Assembly: GCF_001194135.2 (NCBI RefSeq) | Contig: NC_068981.1 | Coordinates: 52,057,266 to 52,121,265 of the forward strand | From: Octopus bimaculoides | Taxonomy: Eukaryota | DNA: 64,000 bases | Reading direction: 5' to 3' | Shown here: piece after piece, positions 25,640-39,141 of the stretch | How positions within the stretch are numbered: position 1 is the first letter of the stretch | How the letters are laid out: every line of letters begins with the position of its first letter | Notes under the pieces: generated by a model | The model's database searches: none | What the model was told of the DNA's origin: nothing | What the model saw: only the letters and a program-made list of their open reading frames with translations | Position numbers and translations under genes: made by a program

Positions 25640-26480
25640 GCATCAGAATTCAGTTCTTAAACTCGGTGCACCAGAAACTAAACTTTTGCTAAGAGGCACT
25701 TGTCACAACATACACAAGTTCCTGTATAAAAACATTCCTTCTGAGAGTGAATAGAGTTAATGGAGAATTTCAAGAGTTACTGTGATGTCTGACTCATGTT
25801 ATATAGGTTTTAACAAGGAACAGACTACTGCAATAACAGAACCATGAAGACATTTTTCTATAGCAAACTGGTTGTTCCGAAGTTATAGAATATGTTCACA
25901 CAATCTGATAATTAACTTTCTTCGTCTTCTGGAAAAAAATCTCGGAAAAATCATTAATGAAATAATTAGAAATAAATAGACTGTCCATAATAAAAGCAAT
26001 CTCGTACATAATTATATATTTAGATACAGTGCATCTAACGATGTGACGCTATTTTGGCAACAATAGAATAGGAAGTGTTGTATCTGGCAACGAAAGCATT
26101 GATAAGAGTGAATATCTCAACATTTTAAGTGAATCGTGGGTATATCGGCTGAGAAATGCGCCATCAATAACTTTTGTGTTTCAACAGAGTAACGCACCCT
26201 TGTCATAACGCCAAATTAGTTAAAGTATGGCTCAAGGCAAACAGGATGCATGTTCTGAAATGGCTAGCAAACTGTCCGGAAATGAATCCGATTGAGAACT
26301 TATGGAAGATACTTAAACAAAGAGTATCTTCAAAGAAATTCACTACTTTGGGCATTCTGAAAAATGGTTGAAAGCGAATGAGAAAATTAATGTAATGCAA
26401 CTTCCCATGTAAGATTAATAAATCTAATGTCAAGTAGGACGGAGGTCTTAAAAGAGGTTTAAGAAAGTTACAATAAATAG
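25640..26480 (+). mobile_element. Tc1-like (DD34E) transposase relic
   Basis: [45 protein letters not shown] matches the FQQDNAPCH..WP..SPDLNPIENLW signature. Confidence 0.8.
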
Positions 26481-26989
26481 TAAATATATTTAATTGCTTG
26501 TTTGAAAATAAATTTACATCTTGTCTATATTGTTTCAGATCTTTTTTTTTTCTTTGTTCTTTTTGTAACTTAAAATATTAGTAATGTCATAATTATGCTT
26601 TTATAGTGTGAAATGTAACTCACATTCGATGAATTGATTTTCTTACCAATTTTCTTATTCAATAAAAAGTTGGTTTGTTATATTTCTAAATAATGCTTCA
26701 AAAGTTATTAAAGATCTTCAAAATACTTAACTTCAAAACTATTTCATAACATTGTGCGCGTGTGTGCGCGTGTGTGCGCGTGTGTGCGCGTGTGTACGTG
26801 CGCGCGCTTGCTGCGTGCGTGTTGCGTGCGTGCGTATGTGTGTGTGTGCTCACATGTGTGGGGGTTGCAGTCAAAGGAGTAGTGATGTCTATCAACTTTT
26901 CAAGCACTCCAAAGCTGTTGAAGTTGATAAGGTTGGTATTCAGTTTGGATTTTTTTCCTAATGAATTCTTGAGAAAGGGCCAGTACCCA

Positions 26990-27480
26990 CGTTCTTCAAG
27001 ACCGGCGAAATCGATGAAGTTAAAACTTTTGCTTGAACAGTTGCAAGTTAACGACTGAAGAAAATCTTTCAACGAGAAGGAAATTCCAAAGTTTAAAGTA
27101 CACAAAAAAGTACTGGAAGAAGTACATAGTGTGGGATTTGAGGTAGTTGATACAATGTGGTTGACGAGAAGAGTAGAAATGAGTAAATCAAAAGGGTTTT
27201 AGTGGATGAGACATGAGAAAGCCACCTCAAGGACAAAAATCTACAGCACTATTTAAGTGACATTTGCAGTAAAAATTAAGCCAGATATGGAATCCAGTGG
27301 GTTACAGCTTGGAAAATAATGGTTAGGATAAAGCTTTTTAAATGACAGTAACTAGAGATGATGAGAGGAGAAGAAATCGATGTGCTAGTATGAACTGATG
27401 GGGGAGATAACTATCTTGCTCGTTAAGATGTTATAATAGAAATGGTATAAGAAACTGAGAGGCTGGGAGAAGGAACAATG
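26990..27480 (-). mobile_element. CR1/Crack-like LINE 3' end relic
   Basis: Minus-strand KLWNFLLVERFSSVVNLQLFKQKF resembles the LWNSLP..NL..FK terminal motif. Confidence 0.45.
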
Positions 27481-27544
27481 TTAGATCAAAACATATAAAT
27501 GTCAATACTTATATGGAGACAGCAAATGTCCAAACAGATACAAA

Positions 27545-28400
27545 ATGTCAGTAGCTTGATCCCTTCTTAGAAGAGCATTTAAACTGCTCTCTACAAACGA
27601 AGCACTAGGTACAGAAATCCACAAAGTAAACCAAAACCTATTCAACAAACTAATAAACCAAGCTATTGAATATTACGATCAGAAATATAATGCAAGAAAT
27701 ATATCAGATACTACACTTAATTAAAAAAATACACAAATCACATATAAATTATATGACATGAATCAAACATATTCAACAGTAGAATAGTTGACCATATTAT
27801 AAAAAGCACTATTAAATAGAGCGTAAATTGGATTGCACCAGAATATAAACTAACAGAAATAATAAACTACAAATACTACAAAAACACTTAAATTCTTTAA
27901 AAAATTGCTTATCAATAACAAACAGCAGCAATGTAAGCCGCGAACAAGCTACTAATGATCAATATGAATTATAAATTTGATTGCAATCGTGCTGTTTTTA
28001 AACTTCCCGATTTCAACTGTTACGTTAGCCCTACAAGTACGACAAACATACACCAAATCACCATGCACTTACAACAGGAAGCAATTACAAACAGTTACCT
28101 TACAGAACAGAAAATAAAACTAGATAGAAAAACATTAGCAAACAACACATCTATACCATGTAGAACTCCCACACAAAAATAGCACAGCTCAATGTTAAAT
28201 ATACTGATAACATATTCTAGTCACAAACAAAACTAAATATGCAGCTGGTGATGTATGAACCAGGCTGTCAAACTTTCAAATTCCGATAATAATAATACCT
28301 ACTCCAACCACACTGACCCTGTCAATAACAAAGGGTCAGTAACACATCAACATCCCCTCATACTGAAGATGAGATTATGAAGATTTTTAGATTATACTAG
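27545..28400 (+). mobile_element. Old Penelope-like element relic (RT C-terminus plus GIY-YIG)
   Basis: SLLRRAFKL.S...EIHKV.Q.L (PLE RT thumb); YKFDC..CYV..T..ITMHLQQEAI..LDRKTLANNTSI (GIY-YIG). Confidence 0.6.
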
Positions 28401-28449
28401 AACACAGAACATAATCATGTCTTCAAAACCTCTAAAGAAATGGCTGTTC

Positions 28450-28480
<31 letters not shown>

Positions 28481-28990
28481 GCTTAGATTAGAGTAGATAT
28501 TGTCTTGATATTTAAGTTTTACTTGTTTTAGGTTTTTAGCTGGTTATTTTTATTTTAGAAACAAATGTTGGCAGCATTTAATTTTAATATGGGATTATTT
28601 TTTGATAAACTACATATATCTGCATTCTACTTAAAGAGATAAACTTGTATGGATTGAAGGAAGCTAATTCTATTAATTCTCTCCTTCACCTATTGTTGTT
28701 TCATCTTGTGACTGACATAACAATCAATGTTTCATATGATTACCAAAAGTGACCTTAGACATCAGTGTTAAACTGCTTTAGTTTAATATCTAAATCCTAT
28801 TGCTATGTTCGCCACGTTCTCTTTATCGCTCTTCGTGTTCTTCATATTCTTCGCTCACTTTCTTTTTATGTTTTGTCGTATATATTTATATTTATGTATA
28901 TGTATGTATATGTATGTGTGTCTGTATCACTTATCTCTTTTCCTTTTTATATTTATCTTTCACTTTTCCTTTCATTCTCTCTCACCCTCT

Positions 28991-29031
<41 letters not shown>

Positions 29032-29177
29032 AGTTTTAGTCCTACATTATTGATTGGTTGATTTATATATTCATTAATATATGTAGAGCAGTGTGTGCAA
29101 ATATGCGTGTATGTTCGTGTGTCTCCCCTTAGCTTCCTCCCACTCTCTCTCTCTCCCTCGCTCCCTCTCTCTCTCTT

Positions 29178-29223
<46 letters not shown>

Positions 29224-30079
29224 GTTCAACGCCATATTGCTGTTTTCTTTTCGATATATACACAATATGTTTACATGAATAACTTTTCTTTCTATTTATT
29301 TAGGACGTTTTTGTCAAGAAATTGCAAGGATAAACCCTATTAATCAAAGTTTATCAACTCACTATATTATCTGTATCAGAACCAACTGAATTTATATTCG
29401 TTAAAGTTTTCTTGAAAATAATAAGAGATTTAGTCTTTAAATTCACATAAAGACGACTTAGTGATTATTACTTTTGTTCTTGTTGTTATTACTCTCGTTG
29501 TTGTCATCGTCGTCGTCGTCGATTCCCAGATCAGAACTAATGGAGATAACTTATGACCAAACGCTTTGCAGCAGTTACTATCTCGTTTTCTTGTATATTA
29601 AACGATCGCATAATAGATACCACGTTGCCCTTATCGAGCAGATCTATGAATAAAGACGTCTCAGCTGTAACAATTCCCTCATTTATTCAAACTTAGGGTA
29701 ATTAGGAGAACGGTGTATAGGTTTTTCTTTTAATACATGCTAATTTGATGTATACCTGGCTACTGTTTCTAGTTGGTCGAGAGACCACACAGTTTACCTC
29801 GGTGACCCGATAGTAGATTTAGAAGATATAAAATTCTTGTATATTTTGATTGTTATGGTTACATATTTACTTTAAAGAACGCAACATGTACGTCTTATCA
29901 GTACTCGAATCTCAAATTCTCATTTAATACTTAAACATATTGTCGCTGTTGCTGCTGTGGCAGCTGCTACTGTTTTTTGTTTATCTCGAGATGAGTTCTG
30001 AATGTGCATACATATGATTGTGATCAAATGCATTCCAGCTGAGTTTCTACTCGCATCTTTAGTTGTAGTACTTTACTCG

Positions 30080-31100
30080 TTGGTTTTGGAAGAAGGGGTA
30101 GTGCCCATGACCTTAATAGGCCCTACCCCCGAAACCGTTGAGTTGAGGGTCATTAATTTTCTTCTTGAAGTCATTTCCTGAGGGAAAGATATATGCATGG
30201 CAAGCATTAAAGAAGGCCGGCGTTCGGCTCTGGAAATGAAAGACTAGGCGAAGTGATTGGTGTGAGGACCGAGTGTTGAACACAGATGATAGGAGGAGGA
30301 GAGACGATTGAGACAGAAGAACTTGAGTGAAGACAGCAAAAGACCAGCCAGCTCTTTTGAATGCAGTATAGGTTGTCTGTGTACTGGAGAATGAATTATT
30401 TTCTAGCTCTAAAGAGAAGGGCAGTTCACTAGGATGCGATCTTATGTTAATGATGTGCTTTCACCAAGACAGATACTCGGTGATACTGAGATCCAACAAC
30501 TAGAGAAAATTTGAGTGTTCTAGCTGAGTGTTGCTCGTGATTACTGAGTGAGATGCAATGATACTTTTTTTATCCAAACAGGATATATGCTTTCTTGCTA
30601 TCGAAAAAGACAAAGCTGATGCTTTCGAGGATGGTCTCTGTTCATAGAGTTTATGTGTGTTTAGCGTGTGGTGACTAGGTTTCGAGTGGAGTTTGCATGT
30701 TTGAAGAATATTAGGAATGAAGGAAGGGCAGTGTTATTTGCGTCGGAGTAGGTGTTGTTGAATGTGGCGGCAGGTAAGCCATTGATGTACAGAAGGAAGA
30801 AAGTGGTGGGGGATTAAACTCGAACCCTAGGGCACCCTGAAGTTGGTAGGAAGATAGAAAGAGCCAAGTCAACTTACGCAGTAACAATGCACTCCAACAG
30901 AAAGTTACCCAGTCATGAGATGAGAGATGGTTGAGCTCATAGGCAGGAAGTTCCGATAAGATTTTCACATGCGAGACACGAATGAAAACTTTGCTGATAT
31001 CGAAGGCTACAGTATGACCTTCACCAAATTCCTTCATGGCAATAGTCTATTGGTGAGCAATAGAGGAGAGTTGGTCAGCAGTGGATCAGGCTTTAAGGAA
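30080..31100 (-). mobile_element. CR1/Crack-like LINE RT relic
   Basis: EFGEGHTVAFDISKVFIRVSHVKILSELPAY matches the ALDISKAFDRVWH motif, followed by QG..S.F..M..L-like and D.TL-like remnants. Confidence 0.65.
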
Positions 31101-31385
31101 GCTGTACTGATGGTTATTAGCAGGGAGAGAAAGATTTAAGGTATGAAAGGACATTGTTGTAAATGGTTGATTCCATTACCTCCATCTCTTTTTTTTTTCT
31201 CAGACATTACATATCCTAGATAACATTATCCAATGCCTTTCCTTTTTCATGGTGGTGGAGCGTGATTTGGATATTTTGTCACAGGTTCCCCCATTGCTAA
31301 TGTGATCAATTTAACTAAAATATTTTCATCTAAAAGGCATACATGTTCAGATAATATAAATTAGAAGCTTCTAAAAAGTTGTCCA

Positions 31386-31966
31386 TAATACTACGATAGC
31401 GGCTCGTAACAATAGAAACAATATACGTAGGCATGAGTAGATGGATTACGTGACACCCAAACGTTTCTTGTTTTCTTCGGAAATAGAATAAGTCGATAAT
31501 TGGGATTGATTTCTAATAAGATTTCTTTGCCATTGCCTAATTGTTGGTAAGGGTTTTCTAATTATTGTATAAGTAAAGAGGATTTCTTCTATAGTCCTGT
31601 TTAAATAAAACAGCTACGAAATTGCTCTCAAATATCACTCAACCGTGTAAAAAACATACATGGGCATATTGAATAATATAGTTCGGTGGGGGCGCAAGAT
31701 GGAGTGGTCATTGTAGGAATGTCTTATATCGTAAGTTTATCAGTCAACCGATGTAGTTACTAAACATTAAAAGCAATATGGATTACTGACTTGGTGGAAT
31801 AGGAAAGTTTCTATTACCATATTTTCCTTTACATGATGTAATTAATAATCTTTCATCAGTTTTAGTTTGTTTACAATAAAATTTTATTAAATACTTTCAT
31901 TAATATCATGACAGCGGCTCGTAGCAATAGAAACAATATACGTAAGCGTGGATAGATGGATTACGT
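31386..31966 (+). repeat. Diverged 66-bp direct repeat (31386-31451 and 31901-31966)
   Basis: agcggctcgta.caatagaaacaatatacgta.gc.tg..tagatggattacgt occurs twice. Confidence 0.85.
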
Positions 31967-32475
31967 ATCTATATATTGCAATACAGAGTAAGTGTACTTT
32001 ATTGTATGTATATAGTTACATATGTATACAAGGATGTATGTATGTATAAAACTAAAGTCCATGTGTAACATCCGCAGATTTCTCATTAATTTGGTAAAAG
32101 CGTTTTCTTTTTCTTTTATTCTTTAACATGTTAACGTCAGGAGGATAATTAATTTCTTCTTTAGCTTTCTTCCTGCTCCGAATCATTATGTCTGGTTTGT
32201 TGAGCTTACATTTTATAGAGCTATTGACGGGAATACTCCACCAGTATCTTTTATATTATGAGTGAGTATACTCTCTACACAACTAAATTCTTATAATTTG
32301 ACCTTCAGAATTATCTTGTTTACTGATTGCATTGTACATTGTTTTGGATACAATATAAAGGCTTCATAAGTAGATAATATCGTAGTATCTTCAGACAACT
32401 GCCGATAATGTGGCTTATATGTTCGGTGATAATTCTAAAGAGTGTGCATCGGTTGTCACATCAAGGTGCTTTACT

Positions 32476-33388
32476 TACGAGGGTGGACCGAAAAGTTCAT
32501 AGCCTGACTATGTAGGAGTGATGCTAGAGCTGTGAAATCTTGCATGCATTAATTTCATCTTCCTCTTATTAATAACTACATTGTTCCTTCTCAGGTAAAC
32601 TGACATCTGACTATTCAAAGAACACTTCAACTAGTTGCGACTTTTCTTGAAAATGGATAAAATTTGCAATCGTGGTATTATCATGTACCTGCAGAAAAAT
32701 GGTTAGCCACGAAAAACATTTGTGCTGACATGGTTACTAAATTAGATGATGGTCCAGCCTTATGGACAGTGCAAAAGTGAGCATTTGAACTTAGGAGGGA
32801 AAGGGAGTGTTTTGATAATGACTCAATGTCTGGACGTCCTGCAACTGCCAACACTGAGAGAAACGTGGATTGTGTTCACCACATGATGATGGATTACAGG
32901 CGATTGACTATAAACTAGATAGCCAGTCCTATTAGCATATTCCATGAGAGATTGGAGAATATTCTGCACAAGGAACTTGGTATGGCGATGGTTCCTGCTC
33001 GGTGACTGTCACGTTTTCTGACACCTCATTAAAAGCGTTCCAGACTGATCCCATCACGAGTAGATCAAAACCAGACGTCCAGGAAAACTGACGAAAGGAG
33101 TTTTGTTTGTTCAGGACAATGCTCCAGCACACAAGTCCAACTATTCCACAATATGGAAAAACATTTGGATGGGAACCAGTATGGCAGTGATGATAACGTT
33201 ACATCTGCTGTTGATGACTTGTTTTACCAACAATATGAAAGCTTCTTCGTCAATGGAATCCAAGCACTGCACCACCGATGGAAGAAGTGCGTGGACTGCA
33301 AGGGAGACTGTTAAAAATTAAACCTCACTTGGTCATATTCCATGAGAGTATCTTTGTCAGCCTATGAACTTTTCAGCTGACCCTCGTA
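32476..33388 (+). mobile_element. Mariner element with both TIRs, internally deleted and degenerate
   Basis: TIRs tacgagggtggaccgaaaagttcatagcctgac / gtcagcctatgaacttttcagctgaccctcgta with TA ends; ORF from ATG 32653 MDKI..SGRPATA..RRLT..LGM..VPAR; QDNAPAH; GIQALHHRWKKCVDCKGD. Confidence 0.92.
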
Positions 33389-33494
33389 CATACCCCTTCG
33401 TTTTGTACCGCAGTTATTTTGTTGTTTCTTGTTCCAGGAATTCAAAACCAAAGTCTTTGATGTAAGAGTTAACATAAGCGTTGTATATGCCCAC

Positions 33495-33584
33495 GGGCAT
33501 ATGGCATAGTGTTTAAGAACGCGGGCTACTAACCCCAAGACTCCGAGTTCGATTCTAAGCAGCCACCTGAATAATAATAATAAC

Positions 33585-33622
<38 letters not shown>

Positions 33623-33750
33623 CAACAACATCGAAAAATACCTTAGGTTCGAAATTTCCCCAAGACACCTGATAAAGGTTGAAATGTGTTAACAACAAAC
33701 AAGATGAGGACAAATACTCGTCAAATGTAAATAATGTAAATAATGTATAA
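33495..33750 (+). mobile_element. SINE family 3: tRNA-like head, (AAT)n spacer and hammerhead-like tail
   Basis: A box TGGCATAGTGT (33502), anticodon-like hairpin GGG-CTACTAA-CCC, B box GAGTTCGATTC (33545), (AAT)n 33570-33630, tail ending aatgtaaataatgtaaataatgta. Confidence 0.7.
33664..33690 (+). ncRNA. Decayed type I hammerhead ribozyme, probably inactive
   Basis: GACAC-CTGATAA-AGGTT-GAAA-T-GTGTT: stem I (GACAC/GTGTT) closes a CUGANGA-like core with G8A and GAAA; stems II and III are collapsed. Confidence 0.45.
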
Positions 33751-35426
33751 GGGTTGTTGGTCCAAGTTAGAGTACTTTGGTTGTCTATGTTATTGGTACT
33801 CTGAAACTTTCTTACAACATAACCATACGTGACCTGCAGGAGAATTTTATCGGATGTTGCTTTGTTATGGTAGAGTTGTGGAACTTTCCCGGGAGCCGAT
33901 CAGGGAATAATTTCCTAACAGCTTCTTTGCCTCTTTTATGCCATTTGCCTCTTTTTTTGTAGATTTGATCCCTGGATTCCATTCGATGAATGATGTTTGG
34001 TAAATGTTATTCAAAAGATATGAAGCGACATTCAAAGCTTGTTTGAATCGAAATTAATCCTGTATCACTTTGTGTTCGTTTTGGGCAATAGATGGTCAAT
34101 ATAACTATTAATGAGGAAATTTCTCGAGACAGTAAATAGTTTTGGGGTTTAAAGATCAACGGTCCGAATCTCATTTCACTACTGAGCAATCCAAATGTTA
34201 GAACCACTGCTGGTATAGGACACACGTTGTGAGTCACTAATTTATTGCATGCAGGCTCTGAGAACCAAATCATTTTATCTGAGTATTATATTCCCTGGCT
34301 AAGCGTTACTTCATACGATATACTTTCATTCATCTCTGGATGCAGGTACCATTCATTGCTGAAGTGTTTTTGTAACACCTGCTTAAGGAAGATCAATTTA
34401 CATTCAGGTGTTCTCTTTTTAGTATCTCCATATGTTTTCATTCATTTTGAATTTTTGTTTGTGAGAATTAAAACATTTGAGAATACATTTCGGCTACTTA
34501 AAATTTTAGCACGCCACCTTTGAATGTACTAATTATTCTGATTTCAGCCAAAGTCAATGATAAATAGATGTAGAAGACCAGCCTTACTGCGAGATAACAT
34601 AGTAACAATCGCAGTCAGGTCTGTTGTCACAGGTGGTGTAGACATGTGTATTCTAGGAATATGTTTGTTAGCTGTTATTTGTTCACTGTTCACACTTTGG
34701 GGAATAAGATTATAATCATCAACCGTCGTCTTGCGTTCAACAAATGCTGCTCATTGACATGGGAAGTTATTCATTGAATTTACAATAAATAATCCAACAT
34801 TAATGCTACAATATATCAGCTGTGTAAAATAACTAATTATTCTTCTGATCACATTCATTACCGTGACCTGTTGATCACGATCGTCGTGCTATATTCATCT
34901 TGTTCATTATCTTATTGATATTCGTTAGTTTTCCGTAAAATTATTCATCTCTGAGTAACTCCCGTCCCAGTCTTATTTTCATTTTGTTTATATAATCAAC
35001 AGACGGGGCATTTTTTCCATTTTATAGAAATTAGGTATAATATTTTTAGTTCATACCTCCAAGAAAAATGTACTTTGTAATTTCGGTTTCAATTAAAATT
35101 CTGTTGTTCGGCAGCGGTTTTTTTTTCTTTTGTGTTATTACTGATATTGTCGTGTCTAGCAATGTTGCTTGAAACGAATCTCTATATCACTACAATCTTG
35201 AATTAAAGGTAACTTCAATGAATTTGATCAGAAGAATACGTAGTTATTACACAAAACCTATAATTGTAGAATTAATACTGGATGAATAGTTTCCCACGTC
35301 AAACATATCTTAGTTTACGACGTGTTTCTATGTATACATGTACGTATGTATGCATATATGGATGTATGTATGTATGCATGTATGTATGTATGTATGTATG
35401 TATGTATGTATTATTCAATAACAATT

Positions 35427-37042
35427 TGATTCGGTTCCATGCAGCTTAAAGTTTGGTTTGACGCACCCTACGGAACTTAGAATTGCATGGAGGCGAATCA
35501 AACTGTTATTTCGTTTGTTCCTACCTCTCAAGGGCTGTGGTCTACAAAGCCACCCTTACACTATCCGATGGCATCACAAGGCACTACACGGGATACGGAC
35601 AACTCTATCTTTTTCTATCGCTTTATCTGGAGATTTCGGAACTTTTGAAATGTCTCATCCAACATCGAATGGACCATCATTGACAGAGAATCATCTTACT
35701 CACACAGTGCCTACAATTACCAACTCCAACTCCACGAAAGACTGCATATTCTCCACCAACCAGTTGTATCCATCAACAGACAGAAAAATGAGCTGTGATA
35801 TTGTTGACACAAAAGGTGCGCCTTCCTAGTTTGCTTCAAGCCATTATCTGCTGACAACTCAGATAGCCAACTTTATGACTAGCTGCCCTATCAGCAAGGG
35901 AGGGTAGCTAACCTCCGCTGCCAGTACAGACCACAGACTGACTTTCTAGCCTTATATATTTTCTGTAATCTTTCATGGTTGCCTTTTTATATGTATGTGT
36001 ATACAATACACATACATGTATGTATATATATATATGCTTCCCTTTCTTCCCCTAGCACCAGCAAACCTTAATCCAACATCAAATCTGGTTACCCTAATCA
36101 ATGGCGCTGATTCCACCGTCTGGTACCAAGCTCAACATACCAGTACATCAGTCCACACACAACGTTATACTGAAATCCCACATGTGCACACACTAGACGT
36201 GCTCGCGAACACACAAATACCAGAGGTATACATATACACACACCAGGTATAAACTTACGCCCCTTCATGCAGGTATGCAGGCACACATTCATACATACAC
36301 ATACAGATATAGAAATGCGCATATTCACGCATACCAGACACATTCATATGTACACACACTTATATATGCATCCCAAAAAACGTACGCACATATACACACA
36401 TACGGCAAATACTCACGTGCACGTGTATGCACACATGAACACACACACACACACACACACACAAACCAGCACGTACGCACATATACGCAGAAACAGTAGA
36501 CACTAACACACGTATACGCGCACACACGCTAACGTACACAGCTGATACACATGCACACGTACACACGCGCCAGATACATGCACCAAAGGACACACGTAGT
36601 GAGCACTATTGAGCTGACGCTGATACATACCCATACGCACCATTGAGTTGATACATCAGATACATACCCATACGCACCATATACGCTTACTCACGTACTC
36701 AAGCAGCAGTTATATATATAACCCAGTCACACTCGCACATAAACGCGCACACAGGCAGCTGGTGTCGCTAAAGACTCTTACCCCACTATTTTGACAGTGA
36801 GGTGCCACTAACAACTTATCTAACCACGTGGTCCGAGAAATATAGAATGAGGTTTCTATTTGATGTTGCTGATATTTCAATACCAATATCAACAACACCA
36901 GGTGACTCGCTTTCACCAATAGTGGCCCAATTTTAAGTAGCCATCTTAAACTCCCTCCATCTGTCCATTCTGTCGTCGAAGCTTGACGAACTGGGTTCGT
37001 ATGACGAAACTATGAAGCTTTAAGTTGCATGGAACCGAATCA
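35427..37042 (+). mobile_element. Penelope-like relic: GIY-YIG (35490-35850) bounded by 25-bp inverted pLTR pieces
   Basis: RAVVYKATLT..RHYTG and LSRFIWR..IEWTIIDR..SY..QL.LHERLHIL...INRQKNEL; inverted repeat 35427-35451 / 37018-37042 with 1 mismatch. Confidence 0.75.
36976..37032 (+). ncRNA. Candidate decayed hammerhead in the PLE 3' pLTR
   Basis: TTGACGA (36983) ... GAAAC (37006); possible stem III ACT/AGT around palindromic AAGCTT; stems I and II are poor. Confidence 0.3.
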
Positions 37043-38034
37043 GACTCTAATTAAATATTAATACATGTAACTTCTCTTTCTTTCACTCGTGTATATATGT
37101 ACATACATACTTTATTTGTGGTTACCCCACGAACAAAGAATATTTATCCATCAATGCGGTGTGAGCACTCATTCTTACTGTTCGATATTAACGTAGAAAG
37201 CACGTGTGTTTACATGCGAATAAAGAACTTGCTTCTATTTGCACATTACCAGTCTGTCATTGAAATATTTTGAACTACAGATTTATCTTATTATCTTGCT
37301 AAATGTTATTATTTGTTTTTTATTGTTTTTGTTGTTTTGTATTGTTCCTTTTCTTTTTCATAAATATTCGAAGTTACTGCCTAAACACACGAAATATACA
37401 GTACCAAATTTTATAAATATTTGTGAAGAACTTATTCTAAATAACATCAAGTGCATCATATGCATTCACACTCAGCTTATTTTTGTTTATCTTAATCAGT
37501 TTGTTATATTAACTAAAGACGTTGAAACATCTTACTTCGTTCATTCTCAAACCTGAGGACAATATCTATTATGTTAAGTCGCATTTAATGGAAGTTATTG
37601 CTATTTGAGATATTTCAAAAGAACTAGTTGTTTATTAACATTTAGATAGCCTTATTATAATGAAGCTACCTATGAAATGTAATTATATATAGTAATGTAA
37701 GTCTATATATATATTCCTACACACTAATGTAAATATATCTATATATGCAATCGAAACACTGCTAACCCTTCCTATCATCACTTATTACACCTCTCCAAAA
37801 TATCTCATGTCTCATATTTCCACTTAACCACCTCTGAAGAAATGGAATAGAAAGAGAGAGCCGTTTTCTAACAGACAAATGTATAATCTTGCCTGCCTCC
37901 TGTATTGCTGCCTAATAATATTTTATCAAATATAAAGTATATATATATAAATATATATATATATTCTCAAATATAAAGTATATATATATATGCATATAGA
38001 TAGATAGATGTACATATATAAATATATATATACA

Positions 38035-38175
<141 letters not shown>

Positions 38176-38480
38176 AACTGAAGGGAAACGTTTCTGTTAG
38201 TATGATTAAATATATGTCTGAAATGAGTTCTTGTTCATAAAATTATATTTGCATGCGTAGATGCATTTATTAAAAAAAAAAATTTCATTTCTAAAGATGA
38301 GGTTAATAGTCTGAAAAATTAGAATAATAGTTAGATATTAGTAATATGGCGTCTTTACAGTCAAGTCTGGTTTATAGCAGTGCGGAAAGCTTATATAAAC
38401 TGAATGACAAGGTAACAGAAATATCAATAAATATTTGAATAGTATAACAGACTATTTGAAATGTGTTGTTTGCTTAGGTT

Positions 38481-38703
38481 TTAACCCTTTTCTTATTATA
38501 TTTCAGTTGAAGCACACTTTGTTTCAATTAATTCTAAAAATGATAAAGAATTTAATAAAATCATTATGTCATTAATTAAGTTAGTGCTTGAAAGATAAAT
38601 TGGAATTTTGATAGAATGTTTTAATTTAAATCACTTTAAAACAGGAAGTTTGTATCATAGAACAAGGGATGGTATCACATGGGTTGGCATCAAAACAGTT
38701 TAA
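38481..38703. mobile_element. Putative piggyBac-type MITE, degenerate
   Basis: Begins TTAA-CCCTTT and ends ..gggttggcatcaaaacagtTTAA; the right TIR is eroded. Confidence 0.4.
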
Positions 38704-38924
38704 GCATACTAACTGAAGAAGGAACAGAGACTGGACCTTGTTGCTGGATATGTTGGTATTGTTCAGTTGAAATCTATATCAGATATGTTTGCATAGACAG
38801 TTCGAGGAAAGAGTGCATATGTTTCCATACCTCCAGCTCACTCCGGCAGTTCAGGGTGTATTTTATGGGCTTCTCGATGGTTTAATGCATTCTTGCTTTT
38901 TCCCGTGAACAGATGTATTGATGT

Positions 38925-39141
38925 AATGCAGCGACCTGGTAGAATCGTTAGCACGCCGGCGAACTGCTAAGCGGCATTTCGTCCGTCTTTACGTTTTGAG
39001 TTCATATTCCGCCGGGGTTGAATTTACCTTTCATCTTTTCAGACTCGATAAAATGAGTACCAGTTGAGTACTGGGGTCGATGTAATCGACGTACCCCTCC
39101 CCCGAAATTGCTGACCTGGTGCCAAAATTTGAAACCGATAT
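38925..39141 (+). mobile_element. SINE family 1 with 12-bp target-site duplication
   Basis: Full head, body and end; ATGTATTGATGT at 38913-38924 and 39142-39153. Confidence 0.88.

Noticed and set aside
28355-28385. CTGAAGATGAG after the 28-kb PLE relic
   Set aside because: No GAAA or closing stems; only positional plausibility.
33495-33570. tRNA gene
   Set aside because: The acceptor stem does not close and the unit is followed by a microsatellite and tail; treated as a SINE head, as is 48760-48835.
36098-36760. Several overlapping 65-85 aa His/Thr or Cys/Val ORFs
   Set aside because: Translations of a degenerate CA-rich tract.
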